Assembly (NCBI GenBank): GCA_049322695.1
Contig: JBMORW010000031.1
Span: forward strand, 14,349 to 78,348
Direction of reading: 5' to 3'
DNA length: 64,000 bases
From: Bacillota bacterium
Lineage (GTDB): Bacteria > Bacillota > Clostridia > Lutisporales > Lutisporaceae
Shown here: in pieces, positions 40,852 to 50,486 of the stretch
Numbering within the stretch: the first letter of the stretch is position 1
How the letters are laid out: each line of letters starts with the position of its first letter
Notes under the pieces: model-generated
Database searches by the model: none
What the model was told of the DNA's origin: nothing
Seen by the model: the letters and a program-made list of their open reading frames with translations, nothing else
Position numbers and translations under genes: made by a program

Positions 40852-41691
40852 ATGCTGAATTATAAAATACTTGGTAATGCCATGCAGCAGATTGTTGTTG
40901 AGCTTGGTGCCAATCAGACTATGTACAGCGAGGCGGGTAAATTTCTATGGAAAACTGATAATATTGAATTTGAGACATCATTTAATGTAAGTGACAAAAA
41001 GGGTTATTTTGAGCAAAAAGGCGGAAGCGGCTTATTGGGCAAGTTTGTAGATACTGCCATAAATGTTGGAAAACGTAAGCTTGCCGGTGAATCAGCAGCT
41101 TTTCAGGTATTTAATGTAACCAGGGGACAGAGCGGTCTAGTAAGCTTCTCTCAGACTGTACCGGGTGAAATCAAAGCACTGAATATTGAAGACTATGGTG
41201 TTTTCTATGTCCAAAAGGATGGCTTTATAGCTGCTGAGAATACTGTTGATTTTGATATTGCACTCACCAAAAAGGTAGGCGCAGGCTTCTTCGGAGGTGA
41301 AGGCTTCATACTTGAAAAATTCAGCGATGTAGGAACTCTTTTCATTGGCGCTTGCGGTAACTTCATTGAGCTGAACCCAGCAGATTACGGCGGGAAAATC
41401 CAGGTCGACACCGGTGCCATTGTAGGATTTGATAGTAATATATCTTATGATGTTGAATGGGTTGGTAAAAGTGTAGGCCAGGTAGCAAAAAATCTCTTCT
41501 TCGGTGGAGAAGGCTTGTTCCTTGCAACTCTGTCTGGAAATGGAAAAGTATTGCTTCAAAGTATGAACATCACTACACTTTCCAGAGCCATACTTAGAAA
41601 TGCAGCAAAATCCTCACCTGAAGACAGAACAGGCGGTAATATGCTTGGCGGGCTGGGCAGTCTGCTGGGAGAGTTTGGAGATAGAGACTAA
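40852..41691 (+). CDS. AIM24 / TIGR00266 family protein
   Basis: 279 aa. N-terminus YKILGNAMQQIVVELGANQTMYSEAGKF, with GEGFILEKFSG-like and GGEGLFLATLSGNGKVLLQS motifs. Confidence 0.8.
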   Translation: MLNYKILGNAMQQIVVELGANQTMYSEAGKFLWKTDNIEFETSFNVSDKKGYFEQKGGSGLLGKFVDTAINVGKRKLAGESAAFQVFNVTRGQSGLVSFSQTVPGEIKALNIEDYGVFYVQKDGFIAAENTVDFDIALTKKVGAGFFGGEGFILEKFSDVGTLFIGACGNFIELNPADYGGKIQVDTGAIVGFDSNISYDVEWVGKSVGQVAKNLFFGGEGLFLATLSGNGKVLLQSMNITTLSRAILRNAAKSSPEDRTGGNMLGGLGSLLGEFGDRD

Positions 41692-41774
41692 AATCCTGCC
41701 ACCAGCCTCCAACTACCAGCATTTAGATAGCCTTTAAAGCTTAATCTGAGCCAGAGTAATAACTACAAAGATAG

Positions 41775-41822
41775 AACCAGATTCACAAACAGCTTGTAAG
41801 CAATTTTTGAATCTGGTTTTCG
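41775..41822 (+). terminator. Rho-independent terminator
   Basis: AACCAGATTC (41775-41784) pairs with GAATCTGGTT (41809-41818), followed by a T-run. Confidence 0.65.
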
Positions 41823-42095
41823 TTTGTTCTGTATGTTAAAGTCTAGTAAATCTTTAACAGTTTAGTAGTTGAAAACTATACATAAGCAGCTAATGTAACA
41901 TACATGTATCAGATGTAAACAATTTGTAACAAGTAGCTTCAAGGTATACCATTATTTATGATTATTGTATATAATTACATTATAAAAGAGAATAAGTGCT
42001 AATGCTCTTTATTCCTCCCCCCTCATTTTTATAAGATTTGCGGCATTCTGAGGTAGCAACAGATGCCGCACATTGCTTTGTTAGGCATAAATTTT

Positions 42096-42127
42096 ATCCT
42101 GCAGATATCTGCAGGATGTTGTTTTTT
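42096..42127. terminator. Perfect 22-nt palindrome terminator
   Basis: ATCCTGCAGATATCTGCAGGAT (42096-42117) followed by GTTGTTTTTT. It lies 9 nt from the stop of the minus-strand gene. Confidence 0.65.
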
Positions 42128-42641
42128 ATAGTGGGCTTATATTGTAATTATTACTTATACTTATAAGAGTATTTATAAAATCATTGCTTGAACGGTTTAT
42201 ATCGGCTATAAGTGTATCATTAAGCTCGACAATCAGCAGATCTTTTTCAGCCTTCAAGCTTATCAATGAATCCTTGTAATTTATGTTTTTTATTATGACT
42301 TTTCTTTTATAATGCATACTGCCCACTTCTCTGCAGGTCATCAATAGTCTTGTGTGCCTGCTGAGTATCTTATCTTTTATAATTCTGGCAATAGTACTCT
42401 TATCAAGCTTGCACAACTCTTCATACTCATGATCAATCATAAGACACATCTCTACGGCAGTGGACAAACCGGGCAGAGAAGAAATCTTTACTACTACACT
42501 GCACATTCCTGAATAATATGTAAGTACAGTAGTAAACTCCAGTTCTACTCCATACTCTTCAAAAACTGATTTGTAGCTTTCCTTGTAGATTTTAGTAAAC
42601 TCATTAAGTATCTGATCTGTGCTTACTTTGCCAGGATTCAT
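42126..42641 (-). CDS. Hypothetical cytoplasmic protein
   Basis: 171-aa ORF with a GAGGT RBS. No signal peptide and no family I recognise. Confidence 0.6.
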   Translation of the reverse strand: MNPGKVSTDQILNEFTKIYKESYKSVFEEYGVELEFTTVLTYYSGMCSVVVKISSLPGLSTAVEMCLMIDHEYEELCKLDKSTIARIIKDKILSRHTRLLMTCREVGSMHYKRKVIIKNINYKDSLISLKAEKDLLIVELNDTLIADINRSSNDFINTLISISNNYNISPL

Positions 42642-42810
42642 ATTTACCTCACAAAATCTATTTTTTCATCGTTTTCGAAGCTTATGTCTTGCCACTATGT
42701 TACCTTTACTTATAATATACTTTACAATAACGGCTATTTTTTGTAAATATGATGGTCATATATGAAGCAAACGGGCGGCTTAAACACCGCCCGTCTCTTT
42801 ATACTTTCTA

Positions 42811-44361
42811 TTAGTATATGCCTACTGAACTGAATCCGTTTGCAACAGCATTATATTCTGTGCTGTTTATGCCGTACAAGTCTGCTGCAGCTTGCAAGCA
42901 GCCTGCCCTTCCCTGTGAGAAGTCAGTTGTCATTATCCAGTATACAGCATTGGCTCTATAGAATATCTTAGCCATTTTATCCGTGCCTATGCTTGATCCT
43001 ATCAGATATGCAGCTTTATTTGGAATACCACTGTTGGTATGAACACCACCATTATCATCTGTAGTATATACATATTGGTCCATATGTGCAGGATCTCCAT
43101 ACAGCGTAGGGTCTTCCATACTTCTCAATGCATCACCGGATGTCCCAGGTGTCCATACATCCTCACCTATCAGCCAGTCTGCCTTACCTGGCTGTACAGC
43201 AAATTCTACTGCTGCACCCAGAATATCTGAGAAAGCTTCATTTAAAGCACCGGATTGATTTCTGTATTCAAGATTGGATTCATAGTCAGTCACACCGTGA
43301 GACAGCTCATGAGCGACAACATCCAATGCTCCGGAAAGCTCTATTGAATAATAGTTGTCTCCGTCGCCATATACCATCTGGTAACCGTTCCAGAAGGCAT
43401 TTACATAGTCCCTGCTGTAATGTACCGTTGATTTAATTGCCATACCTTTGTTATCTATACTGTTTCTTCCAAGAAGACTGTAATAATAATCATATGATGC
43501 CGCCGCATAGTAGTGAGCATCGACTGCAGCTCTTTGTCTTGAGGAATCCCAGGTTGTATCAGTATCAGTCATTAAAGTTCCAGGCAGCCTTGTTCTGTTG
43601 TTTGCATCATATGTAAGTATTCCGCTCATTTGTGTTCTTGTCTTGTCATGTAAGTAATATGTTCCGCTGCTTAGCAAAAGATTGATGGTTTTTGTATCCC
43701 CAAGCACTCCGGTTCCTGTTCCTGTTGCATTTGTGCCTGTGCCGCCTCCGCCGCCCGGCTTGCCTTTACCGGCTTTAATATTGTTGTATTTATCTACTAC
43801 ACTTCCATCATATGCGTTTACAAAAACTCTCCAGTCACCAAATGAATTATTATGCAGCCAGTTTATTTTTGCAACATACACGGGAATATATTCTCCATTG
43901 ACCTCATAAAGATATAGTTCCGCATTAAAAATATCCTCCTGCAGCATTTCTTGACCATCTTCCAAGACCTCTTCAGAAAAGCCCACTTCCTTCTTGGCTG
44001 CTTCAATAGCTTCCTTAGCTTTGATATATTGTCCTTTCCCTTTAAAGGCTTTTGCCTTTTCTGAGTATCTTCCGTTTCCGTGATATACATTTCCGTAATT
44101 GTCAAAATGTACTATGAATTCGCTGCCATATACAGGTATGTTATCAATCATCTGCTGCAATTTTACATGCTTGAAGCCCAGCTCGTCATATGTTACCTTT
44201 AGCTTTTTGAACTCCTTCGCTGCATCCTTGACCTTGAATTTTCCTTTCAGATACTCACTTGCACCCTCCAGGCTGTCATCGTTTGCTGCACTGACAAATG
44301 AAGTAGCAAGAAGTGATATTAACAGAATCCCTACCATCAGTAATGCCATAAGCTTTTTCAC
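42811..44361 (-). CDS. Secreted M4 (thermolysin-like) neutral metalloprotease with FTP/PepSY propeptide
   Basis: Zinc site VVAHELSHGV...GALNEAFSDI. A signal peptide is present. GTG 44361 is the likely start (AGGAGGGG 5-6 nt upstream). The ORF track begins at TTG 44364. Confidence 0.9.
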   Translation of the reverse strand: MKKLMALLMVGILLISLLATSFVSAANDDSLEGASEYLKGKFKVKDAAKEFKKLKVTYDELGFKHVKLQQMIDNIPVYGSEFIVHFDNYGNVYHGNGRYSEKAKAFKGKGQYIKAKEAIEAAKKEVGFSEEVLEDGQEMLQEDIFNAELYLYEVNGEYIPVYVAKINWLHNNSFGDWRVFVNAYDGSVVDKYNNIKAGKGKPGGGGGTGTNATGTGTGVLGDTKTINLLLSSGTYYLHDKTRTQMSGILTYDANNRTRLPGTLMTDTDTTWDSSRQRAAVDAHYYAAASYDYYYSLLGRNSIDNKGMAIKSTVHYSRDYVNAFWNGYQMVYGDGDNYYSIELSGALDVVAHELSHGVTDYESNLEYRNQSGALNEAFSDILGAAVEFAVQPGKADWLIGEDVWTPGTSGDALRSMEDPTLYGDPAHMDQYVYTTDDNGGVHTNSGIPNKAAYLIGSSIGTDKMAKIFYRANAVYWIMTTDFSQGRAGCLQAAADLYGINSTEYNAVANGFSSVGIY

Positions 44362-44799
44362 CAAGACCCCTCCTATTTATTAATACATTAATTTCCTTGC
44401 AAAAGAAACTGGTGTAAGCTCTATTAAGCGCTGCGATTGCAAAACAAATGCCCATAAGGAAACTAATGCTAATCTATAAAGATATTAGCATGGGGTGTAT
44501 ATTTATGCAAATTGCAAATGTCTTAATTTTAAAAAATCTCTGAAAATATCTCCTAATTGTTATTAATTGCTCGCTTTTTCAAACTGTTTGTCATTTTTTA
44601 TTACATTTTGTAGATTCTAAATATTACTTAGTAGTTTTTATATACCATTTCGTTATATTTACATACCTTTGCTGTTAGACGAGTATCTGATAACCAATAC
44701 TTATGTTGACTTATAATTATAGAATAACTCCAGACTATATATAAACTGCGTATAAGCTGAGTATTGCAAATGGACAGCACAAGAATCAGCTATGCTAAA

Positions 44800-44855
44800 G
44801 AAAAACGCAAAATACCCTGCAGAGCAGACATTTATACTGTCTGCCCAGCAGGGTA
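44800..44855 (-). terminator. Terminator after tupA
   Basis: Long hairpin: TACCCTGC..GCAGACA (44813-44830) pairs with TGTCTGC..GCAGGGTA (44838-44855), followed on the minus strand by TTTTGCGTTTTT. Confidence 0.7.
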
Positions 44856-44880
44856 CATTTTTATATAATATTTCTTTATT

Positions 44881-45762
44881 CTATTTTGCGTTAGGTATGA
44901 ACAATGATTGTCCGTATTTATCTTTTCCGAATTCTCCAATCAACTGCTGAGCCTTTTCAGATATTATCCATTTGACAAACATATCAGCACCTTCAGCATT
45001 TATTTTATCATTTTTATTGGGGTTGACTGCTATAACACCATACTGGTTGTAAAGACCTTTATCCTTTTCAACTATAATGTCAATGTCAAGCTTATCCTTC
45101 ATGGAAAGGTATGTAGCCCTGTCAGCTATTGTATAGGCTTGCATTTCATCAGCCATCTGCAGCACTTCTCCCATGCCTTTTCCTGCCGAAACATACCACT
45201 CTCCGGAGGGTTCCAGTGCCAGCTCCTTCCAAATAGCAGCCTCCTTTTTATGTGTACCTGAATCGTCTCCTCTTGATACGAATTTTACTTTATTGCTCGC
45301 TATGTAGCTGAAAGCTTCTTTAATATTGTTGGCTCTATCCTGCCCGACCTTAGAAGGATCGACTTTAGGACCAACAAGTACAAAATCATTATACATAACA
45401 TCGAATCTTTCTAAGCCGTGTCCGGCTTTCACAAATTCCTCTTCAGAGCTTTTAGCATGTACCAGAAGTACATCAGCTTCACCATCTACACCCATTTGAA
45501 TAGCTTTTCCAGTACCAACTGCTACAACCTTGACTTCTATACCCGTATCTTCAGTAAATACCGGCAGCAGGTAGTCAAGCAGACCGCTGTCCTGTGTACT
45601 GGTTGTAGTTGATAAAATAAGTGTCTTATTGGCTGTTTCAGCTTTATCGTTTTCTTTACCAGCTTCAGTACCTTCTGTATTCAGCTGAGTTTTACAGCCC
45701 GCTATTGAAGCTGTTATAAGTACAATTATCATTAATAAAAGTAGTGTCTTTTTTATTCTCAT
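44881..45762 (-). CDS. tupA: Tungstate/molybdate ABC transporter substrate-binding lipoprotein (TupA-like)
   Basis: Lipobox IAGC. It carries the TupA-type anion-binding motif LILSTTTSTQDSGLLDYLLPVF, plus VAVGTGKAIQMG and SRGDDSGTH. AAGGAGAG RBS. Confidence 0.8.
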   Translation of the reverse strand: MRIKKTLLLLMIIVLITASIAGCKTQLNTEGTEAGKENDKAETANKTLILSTTTSTQDSGLLDYLLPVFTEDTGIEVKVVAVGTGKAIQMGVDGEADVLLVHAKSSEEEFVKAGHGLERFDVMYNDFVLVGPKVDPSKVGQDRANNIKEAFSYIASNKVKFVSRGDDSGTHKKEAAIWKELALEPSGEWYVSAGKGMGEVLQMADEMQAYTIADRATYLSMKDKLDIDIIVEKDKGLYNQYGVIAVNPNKNDKINAEGADMFVKWIISEKAQQLIGEFGKDKYGQSLFIPNAK

Positions 45763-45926
45763 GTTTTCTCTCCTTTAATCCATAATAGTATTGGTATTAG
45801 GAATAATTTCAGTTCCTGTATATGCACCTTCCTGTACAGACTTCTTACCGATGCAGTCTTTATACTGCATTAGAACAGATTGCATAGACACAAACTGATA
45901 AAAGGATTAAGGTACTTTCTCTTACA

Positions 45927-46092
45927 ACAAAAAATCTCCTTTCGCTTGAAAGGAGAGAAGTGTTCCTTGTATGCATGCAAATGCATTAAGTATACTCCTT
46001 TCCCAAAGGAGGCACTGCAGTTTCCCGCAATACCCTAACGGTTAACATTCCATAAACAGCATGCTCTTAGGAACATTAACTCGGAGTCCATG
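45927..46092 (-). promoter_or_regulatory. Moco/Wco-type riboswitch with intrinsic terminator (expression platform)
   Basis: The minus-strand RNA reads UGGACUCCGAG...GUGCCUCCUUUGGGAAAGGAGUAU, containing the CUCCGAG and GCCUCC...GGAAAGGAG blocks I associate with the Moco RNA motif. It is followed by the terminator UCUCCUUUC-aagc-GAAAGGAGA plus U6 (45927-45957). It sits about 170 nt upstream of tupA. Confidence 0.6.
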
Positions 46093-46151
46093 CAAATACA
46101 TTTTATATTATTCTTTAGATTTTATCAAGATGACATAATCACTGTATATAC

Positions 46152-46625
46152 CTATTCATAAATTCTGTTTATTTTTTTCTTAATTTGACCGTTCTTCACT
46201 TCAAAGCCGTTTTTTTTGTAGAATTTTTTAAGCTTATTCTCAGAGCGCATAAGTAAAACACCCTTCAGGCTGTCCATATCATAAAAATACTTACTTATAA
46301 CCTTGCTTTCGAAATATCTCAGCAGAAGGCTTCCTATACCTTTGTTTCTGAACTGCTCTTCTATATACATGTTAGAGAGCTCTATGTGGCTGATATCCTG
46401 TACAGTATGTACTATTCTGTACTCAAGAACCGGCCGGGTATGACTATGAAATCTGTTCAGCCCGATGTCCTTGTATATCATATATATACAGCCGCTTTCA
46501 ATCCTGTCACCCAGGTCGTTATACCTGAACTTATGGATAAAGTACATTGAGCTGCCATCAAATTCAATTTTATGAATGTCCACATTGTCTTCTGTTTCAT
46601 ATAGTTTTAGCAGTTTTTTATACAT
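46152..46625 (-). CDS. GNAT-family N-acetyltransferase
   Basis: 157 aa. The acetyl-CoA-binding motif is FRNKGIGSLLLRYFE, with a C-terminal KFYKKNGFE. AAGGTGGA RBS. Confidence 0.8.
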   Translation of the reverse strand: MYKKLLKLYETEDNVDIHKIEFDGSSMYFIHKFRYNDLGDRIESGCIYMIYKDIGLNRFHSHTRPVLEYRIVHTVQDISHIELSNMYIEEQFRNKGIGSLLLRYFESKVISKYFYDMDSLKGVLLMRSENKLKKFYKKNGFEVKNGQIKKKINRIYE

Positions 46626-46710
46626 AGCTTTCCACCTTAGCTATTTATACTTTTATAAATAGATGACATAACTCTATTATATTATCCTTTTTATAAAAGT
46701 AAATACATGA

Positions 46711-46737
46711 ATGAAAAAAGACCTTGGACCGGTCTTT
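46711..46737 (-). terminator. Terminator after the TPR gene
   Basis: On the minus strand: AAAGACC-ggtccaa-GGTCTTT followed by additional Ts. Confidence 0.6.
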
Positions 46738-46768
46738 AGTCATTTATAGTCATTTTCAGTTTTCCCAA

Positions 46769-48031
46769 TCAGCAGATTTTTTTCCTGAAGGGGACAGCTC
46801 TTGCATATATCACTTCATAAACGTCACACAAATATGATTTTAATTTATGCTTGTATTCACATTCATTTTTAAAATTTCTGATTAGCTTTTTTAAGGAAGT
46901 TTTTAACTTGATCAATATTCTTTTGTCACCATTCCTTATACCATATTCCATAACATTTTGTATAGCATCACCAATAAATCTGCCATTAGAGCTGTATTTT
47001 CCCAAATCTGCTATCAAACCTATCAGCTTGTCCATATCAAGCTCATGGTTCATGGCTACCTTTATTTTATAGAAGGTATCAAGTGAAACCAATCTATCCG
47101 GACAATTGTCATCATCATAGCATTCCAGTGCCAAATATACGTATTCCAGTGCACAGTTGAGCACTCCTGCCAGCCTCAAAGCTTCTGCTATGTTATTATA
47201 TACCATGCCAATACTGTTTTTATCATTTTTATCAAATATCTTCAAAGAATCAAAGAAGTATTCTAAAGCCTTTTGCAGCAGATTTTGCCTCTTATATACA
47301 AGCCCGATATTCATAATTGTGCTTCCTAATGACCATACATCACTTGCATATTCCATAGCCTTAAAAAAGGATTTCAACGCTATATCATAGCCTGCTACAC
47401 TGTTTTCAAGAGTTCCCTTTCTGTAATAATGCTGAAAAAGGAGCTTGTTTCTGATTCCTTTCTTGCTAAGAATGATTTCTTCTGCCTGCTGATAATAGAA
47501 TCGTGCCTTATTAAATTCTTTTGCACTGAATAGCAAATAACCCAATAATGAATTTGCTTCAATTATCAAATTATAATCTTCACATGGAGTTTTGACTGAT
47601 TTTGAAAGATATTCATAGGCCATATCAGCGTTTCCTGTCTGATAATAATACATTCCAAAAATAAAATACATTTTGCATAAGCTAACATTATGCTCTATAC
47701 AAAGCTTCTTCAGTTTATCAAATATCATAATATCCTGTGGCGAATCATACTCTTTTATATTATAGTAAATTTTATCCACTAATGATATAACCTGACAGTC
47801 TACTGGTATGAACAACTCATCATAGGTGTATCTTAAAGCATGAATGATATTGTACTCCAATTCGTCAAAAAATTCAGAATCAGATGTTTTTTCAGCAGCT
47901 AAATAGCTATTTATATTTTTTATGTTAGTGTATTGCTCGAATTTTTCTATACTTTCAAATTGTGAAAGTATAGCGTCCATTACCTGCTGCCTCTTTTCTT
48001 TAATTATTACATCTTTATCCAACAGCTTCAT
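46769..48031 (-). CDS. TPR-repeat protein without recognisable HTH (Rap/NprR-like architecture)
   Basis: Start at ATG 48031 (GAGGG 5 nt upstream). There are multiple TPR-like repeats (for example AYEYLSKSVK, ARFYYQQAEEI, ALKSFFKAMEY, ALEYFFDSLKIF, ALEYVYLALECY). No XRE-type HTH is visible at the N-terminus. Confidence 0.75.
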   Translation of the reverse strand: MKLLDKDVIIKEKRQQVMDAILSQFESIEKFEQYTNIKNINSYLAAEKTSDSEFFDELEYNIIHALRYTYDELFIPVDCQVISLVDKIYYNIKEYDSPQDIMIFDKLKKLCIEHNVSLCKMYFIFGMYYYQTGNADMAYEYLSKSVKTPCEDYNLIIEANSLLGYLLFSAKEFNKARFYYQQAEEIILSKKGIRNKLLFQHYYRKGTLENSVAGYDIALKSFFKAMEYASDVWSLGSTIMNIGLVYKRQNLLQKALEYFFDSLKIFDKNDKNSIGMVYNNIAEALRLAGVLNCALEYVYLALECYDDDNCPDRLVSLDTFYKIKVAMNHELDMDKLIGLIADLGKYSSNGRFIGDAIQNVMEYGIRNGDKRILIKLKTSLKKLIRNFKNECEYKHKLKSYLCDVYEVIYARAVPFRKKIC

Positions 48032-48051
48032 ATATGCCCTCACAAATTATT

Positions 48052-48137
48052 ATAATAATACCTATATTATAACATTATTCCCATTTATTACAAGGCGATT
48101 ATTGTAATTGGGAAATCAATAATATAGGTATTATTAT
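48052..48137. repeat. Long AT-rich inverted repeat (19-bp perfect outer stem, extended imperfect hairpin)
   Basis: ATAATAATACCTATATTAT (48052-48070) is the exact reverse complement of 48119-48137. Inner pairing is TTCCCA with TGGGAA and TTACAA with TTGTAA. It lies between the stop of the 48146 gene and the start of the TPR gene. Confidence 0.85.
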
Positions 48138-48145
48138 TTCTAGAG

Positions 48146-48805
48146 TTATCTGGTTATAGTACAGTCATTGATTTTTATATATTGTCCATCCTGAACTGTA
48201 ACATATTTTTCACTGGTAAAATTATCATTTGTTACTATGGACCCCAAGCTTCCTGTAGAGTCCTTCGCAACCTCATAATAAGCATACCCGCCGGCCTCAG
48301 GGATAACTTTATATTCACCTGCTTCAATATCTCTTCCCACTTTATACATGCCCGGCTGGAATGCCCCGTTTACAGGAGCTTGTATTGGTGCTTTATCCAC
48401 TGATATGAGCTTTGCGTTAACAACCTCAAGATACTGTCCTTCTGCTGCAGTAATATATCTGCTGCTGGAAAAGTTGTCGTTTGTTATTATACTTTCCAGA
48501 GAGCCTGTGCTGTCTTTTGACAACTGAAAATAAGCATATTGGCCTTCATCTGCCATTAAGAAGTATTCTCCTGCCTGTATATCATCCCCTATTTTATACA
48601 TACCTGCCTTTAGCCAAGATACAGATTCTTGAGGCGGTGCAGGCGGGGCTTTATCCTCCGGAGTATCCACCGCTACTTTTGGATTCTGAGGGGCAGGATC
48701 ACCTGCAATGTTTTCATCAGTATTATTTCCACCTGCCATTATACCTATTACAACTGCTGCTATTATTACCCAAAACCACCATCTTTTATAAATGGGTCTT
48801 TTCAT
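48146..48805 (-). CDS. Membrane-anchored protein with a duplicated about 80-aa extracytoplasmic domain
   Basis: Start at ATG 48805 (GGAGGA 6 nt upstream). It has a TM helix (WWFWVIIAAVVIGIMAGG) and a Pro-rich linker. Two copies of GMYK(I/V)G.DI.AGEY...(G)YAY(F/Y)...KDSTGSL.SI(I/V)TNDNF follow. Confidence 0.75.
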   Translation of the reverse strand: MKRPIYKRWWFWVIIAAVVIGIMAGGNNTDENIAGDPAPQNPKVAVDTPEDKAPPAPPQESVSWLKAGMYKIGDDIQAGEYFLMADEGQYAYFQLSKDSTGSLESIITNDNFSSSRYITAAEGQYLEVVNAKLISVDKAPIQAPVNGAFQPGMYKVGRDIEAGEYKVIPEAGGYAYYEVAKDSTGSLGSIVTNDNFTSEKYVTVQDGQYIKINDCTITR

Positions 48806-49013
48806 AAAACATCCTCCATTTATCATGTTATCAATATATTTATAAGACAATAATTATAGTCTGCATGGATTTAGTATGTAACAGTACATGCTTTATTTAT
48901 TCCGGCTGCCAATTTTTATATACATAATAACTATAAACACTGGCAAAAATACTTAATGACAAAAAACAGCAAATGCGGCTGATGCCGCATTATCGCATAT
49001 CACTTTCATTGGC

Positions 49014-49043
49014 AATAAAAAAACACTGCAATCATTGCAGTGT
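49014..49043 (-). terminator. Terminator downstream of tRNA-Lys
   Basis: ACACTGCAAT (49023-49032) pairs with ATTGCAGTGT (49034-49043), followed by T7 on the minus strand. A second hairpin, ATGCGGC/GCCGCAT at 48973-48990, follows. Confidence 0.8.
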
Positions 49044-49055
49044 CTATATTCAAAA

Positions 49056-49131
49056 TGGTGCGCCATCTGGGACTCGAACCCGGGACCCACTGATTAAGAG
49101 TCAGTTGCTCTACCAACTGAGCTAATGGCGC
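49056..49131 (-). tRNA. tRNA-Lys (anticodon CUU), CCA encoded
   Basis: The reverse complement reads GCGCCATTAGCTCAGTTGGTAGAGCAACTGACTCTTAATCAGTGGGTCCCGGGTTCGAGTCCCAGATGGCGCACCA. The acceptor stem is GCGCCAT/ATGGCGC, the anticodon stem ACTGA/TCAGT with loop CUCUUAA, and the T-loop GGTTCGAGTCC. Confidence 0.95.
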
Positions 49132-49223
49132 ATTTGCTGTGTCGTTCAACCGACTTTTTTATTATATTAAATTATGTGCGCTGTGTCAATATAGTTTTAG
49201 AATTTTTTTAATGTATTTTTTAC

Positions 49224-49946
49224 CTATACTTCGTTATCTGTAATAGGCCCTTGTACAACCTTGAATCCGGCACTCAATGCAAGCTCCGCGTCAAATTCCT
49301 CATTAAGATGCATGCAAAAAACCTTATGTCTGTATTCGCTTTTTATTAAGCTGCATAGCTTATCAAAGCTCATATGAATCAAATTCTTGTGCGGGGCCAT
49401 AAATATGTCCTGATAAAGATAATCTATTTTATTTGAATAGAGCTTTTCGAGTATTTCTGATGATATATTATTGGAGTCGCCGCTATAGTATATACTTTTT
49501 CCATCATAAGTAAGCATATAGCTATAGCAGTATAAGTTGCTCACATGCTCTGCCTTGAAGTACTCAATGGTAACATCCATTTCCGGACTGGTAATACAGT
49601 TATTATACTTTAAATCAACCATATTATATAGGTTTTTATCTATGCCCATTTGAGTTAAAAGAGCTTCCAAGCTATGAGAAGCAGGAGTCATTAAAAAAAT
49701 CTTATGATGAGCTTTATAAAATGAATAAAACACCAGGTCTCCCAATGACCCGACATGGTCCGGGTGCAGATGGGTAATAAGTACATATATATGGCTTATT
49801 CCGCTTAATATATCAAACTTCTGCAATCTGGAAAAAGTAGCCCCTCCGCAGTCTATCAAAAGAATGCTCGAGCCGCTCTTTATAAAGGCACTGTTATTCC
49901 CTAATCTAGTATTAAATGCACTGCCTGTTCCAATAAAATTCAACAT
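49224..49946 (-). CDS. MBL-fold metallo-hydrolase
   Basis: 240 aa. Motif ITHLHPDHVGSLGD (HxHxDH). AGGAG RBS. Confidence 0.8.
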   Translation of the reverse strand: MLNFIGTGSAFNTRLGNNSAFIKSGSSILLIDCGGATFSRLQKFDILSGISHIYVLITHLHPDHVGSLGDLVFYSFYKAHHKIFLMTPASHSLEALLTQMGIDKNLYNMVDLKYNNCITSPEMDVTIEYFKAEHVSNLYCYSYMLTYDGKSIYYSGDSNNISSEILEKLYSNKIDYLYQDIFMAPHKNLIHMSFDKLCSLIKSEYRHKVFCMHLNEEFDAELALSAGFKVVQGPITDNEV

Positions 49947-50123
49947 CGTACCAGCTCCTAATACATTGTAACCTGAAAACCTATATAGAAATTATACCAA
50001 AAATCCTAATGATAACCAAGTACTATAGAAATTTATTAGACATGAGCCATAGTCACCTGTGCTGTTATAAGACAAATTATACATTCATACAATAATAAAA
50101 AACAATGTTTCGGAGGTTGAAAA

Positions 50124-50486
50124 ATGATAGATCAGGAAAATCTGAAAAGTTTCAGTACATGGACCGGCTTTGTAGGAATCATAACCATTATTGGAGGAGC
50201 TTTGTCTGCCCTGGTAGGAGTATTTGCATTGATAGTCGGTGCAGTGCCGGGCATTGTAACAATATTTCTTGGCATTAAGCTTCTAAAAGCTAAGAAGTCG
50301 GCAAATGAGCTTATAAATATTACTGATACTGAGCAATACAACCAGAACTTAAACGCTCTTGTAAACGAAGTGACAACATATTTCAAGATACAAGGTATTC
50401 TGGTAATCATTGGATTGGCATTTGCAGTGTTTGCTATGTTTACCGGAGTATTGGCATCTATTATCGGTATTATGGGGTCTATGTGA
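50124..50486 (+). CDS. Small membrane protein (DUF5362-like)
   Basis: 120 aa with two hydrophobic hairpin segments. GGAGG RBS. Confidence 0.65.
   Translation: MIDQENLKSFSTWTGFVGIITIIGGALSALVGVFALIVGAVPGIVTIFLGIKLLKAKKSANELINITDTEQYNQNLNALVNEVTTYFKIQGILVIIGLAFAVFAMFTGVLASIIGIMGSM

Noticed and set aside
46152-49131. tRNA-Lys-adjacent genomic island
   Set aside because: There is no integrase, recombinase or phage gene. I noticed no direct repeat of the tRNA 3' end. The neighbours (GNAT, TPR, duplicated-domain protein) each have their own promoters and terminators.
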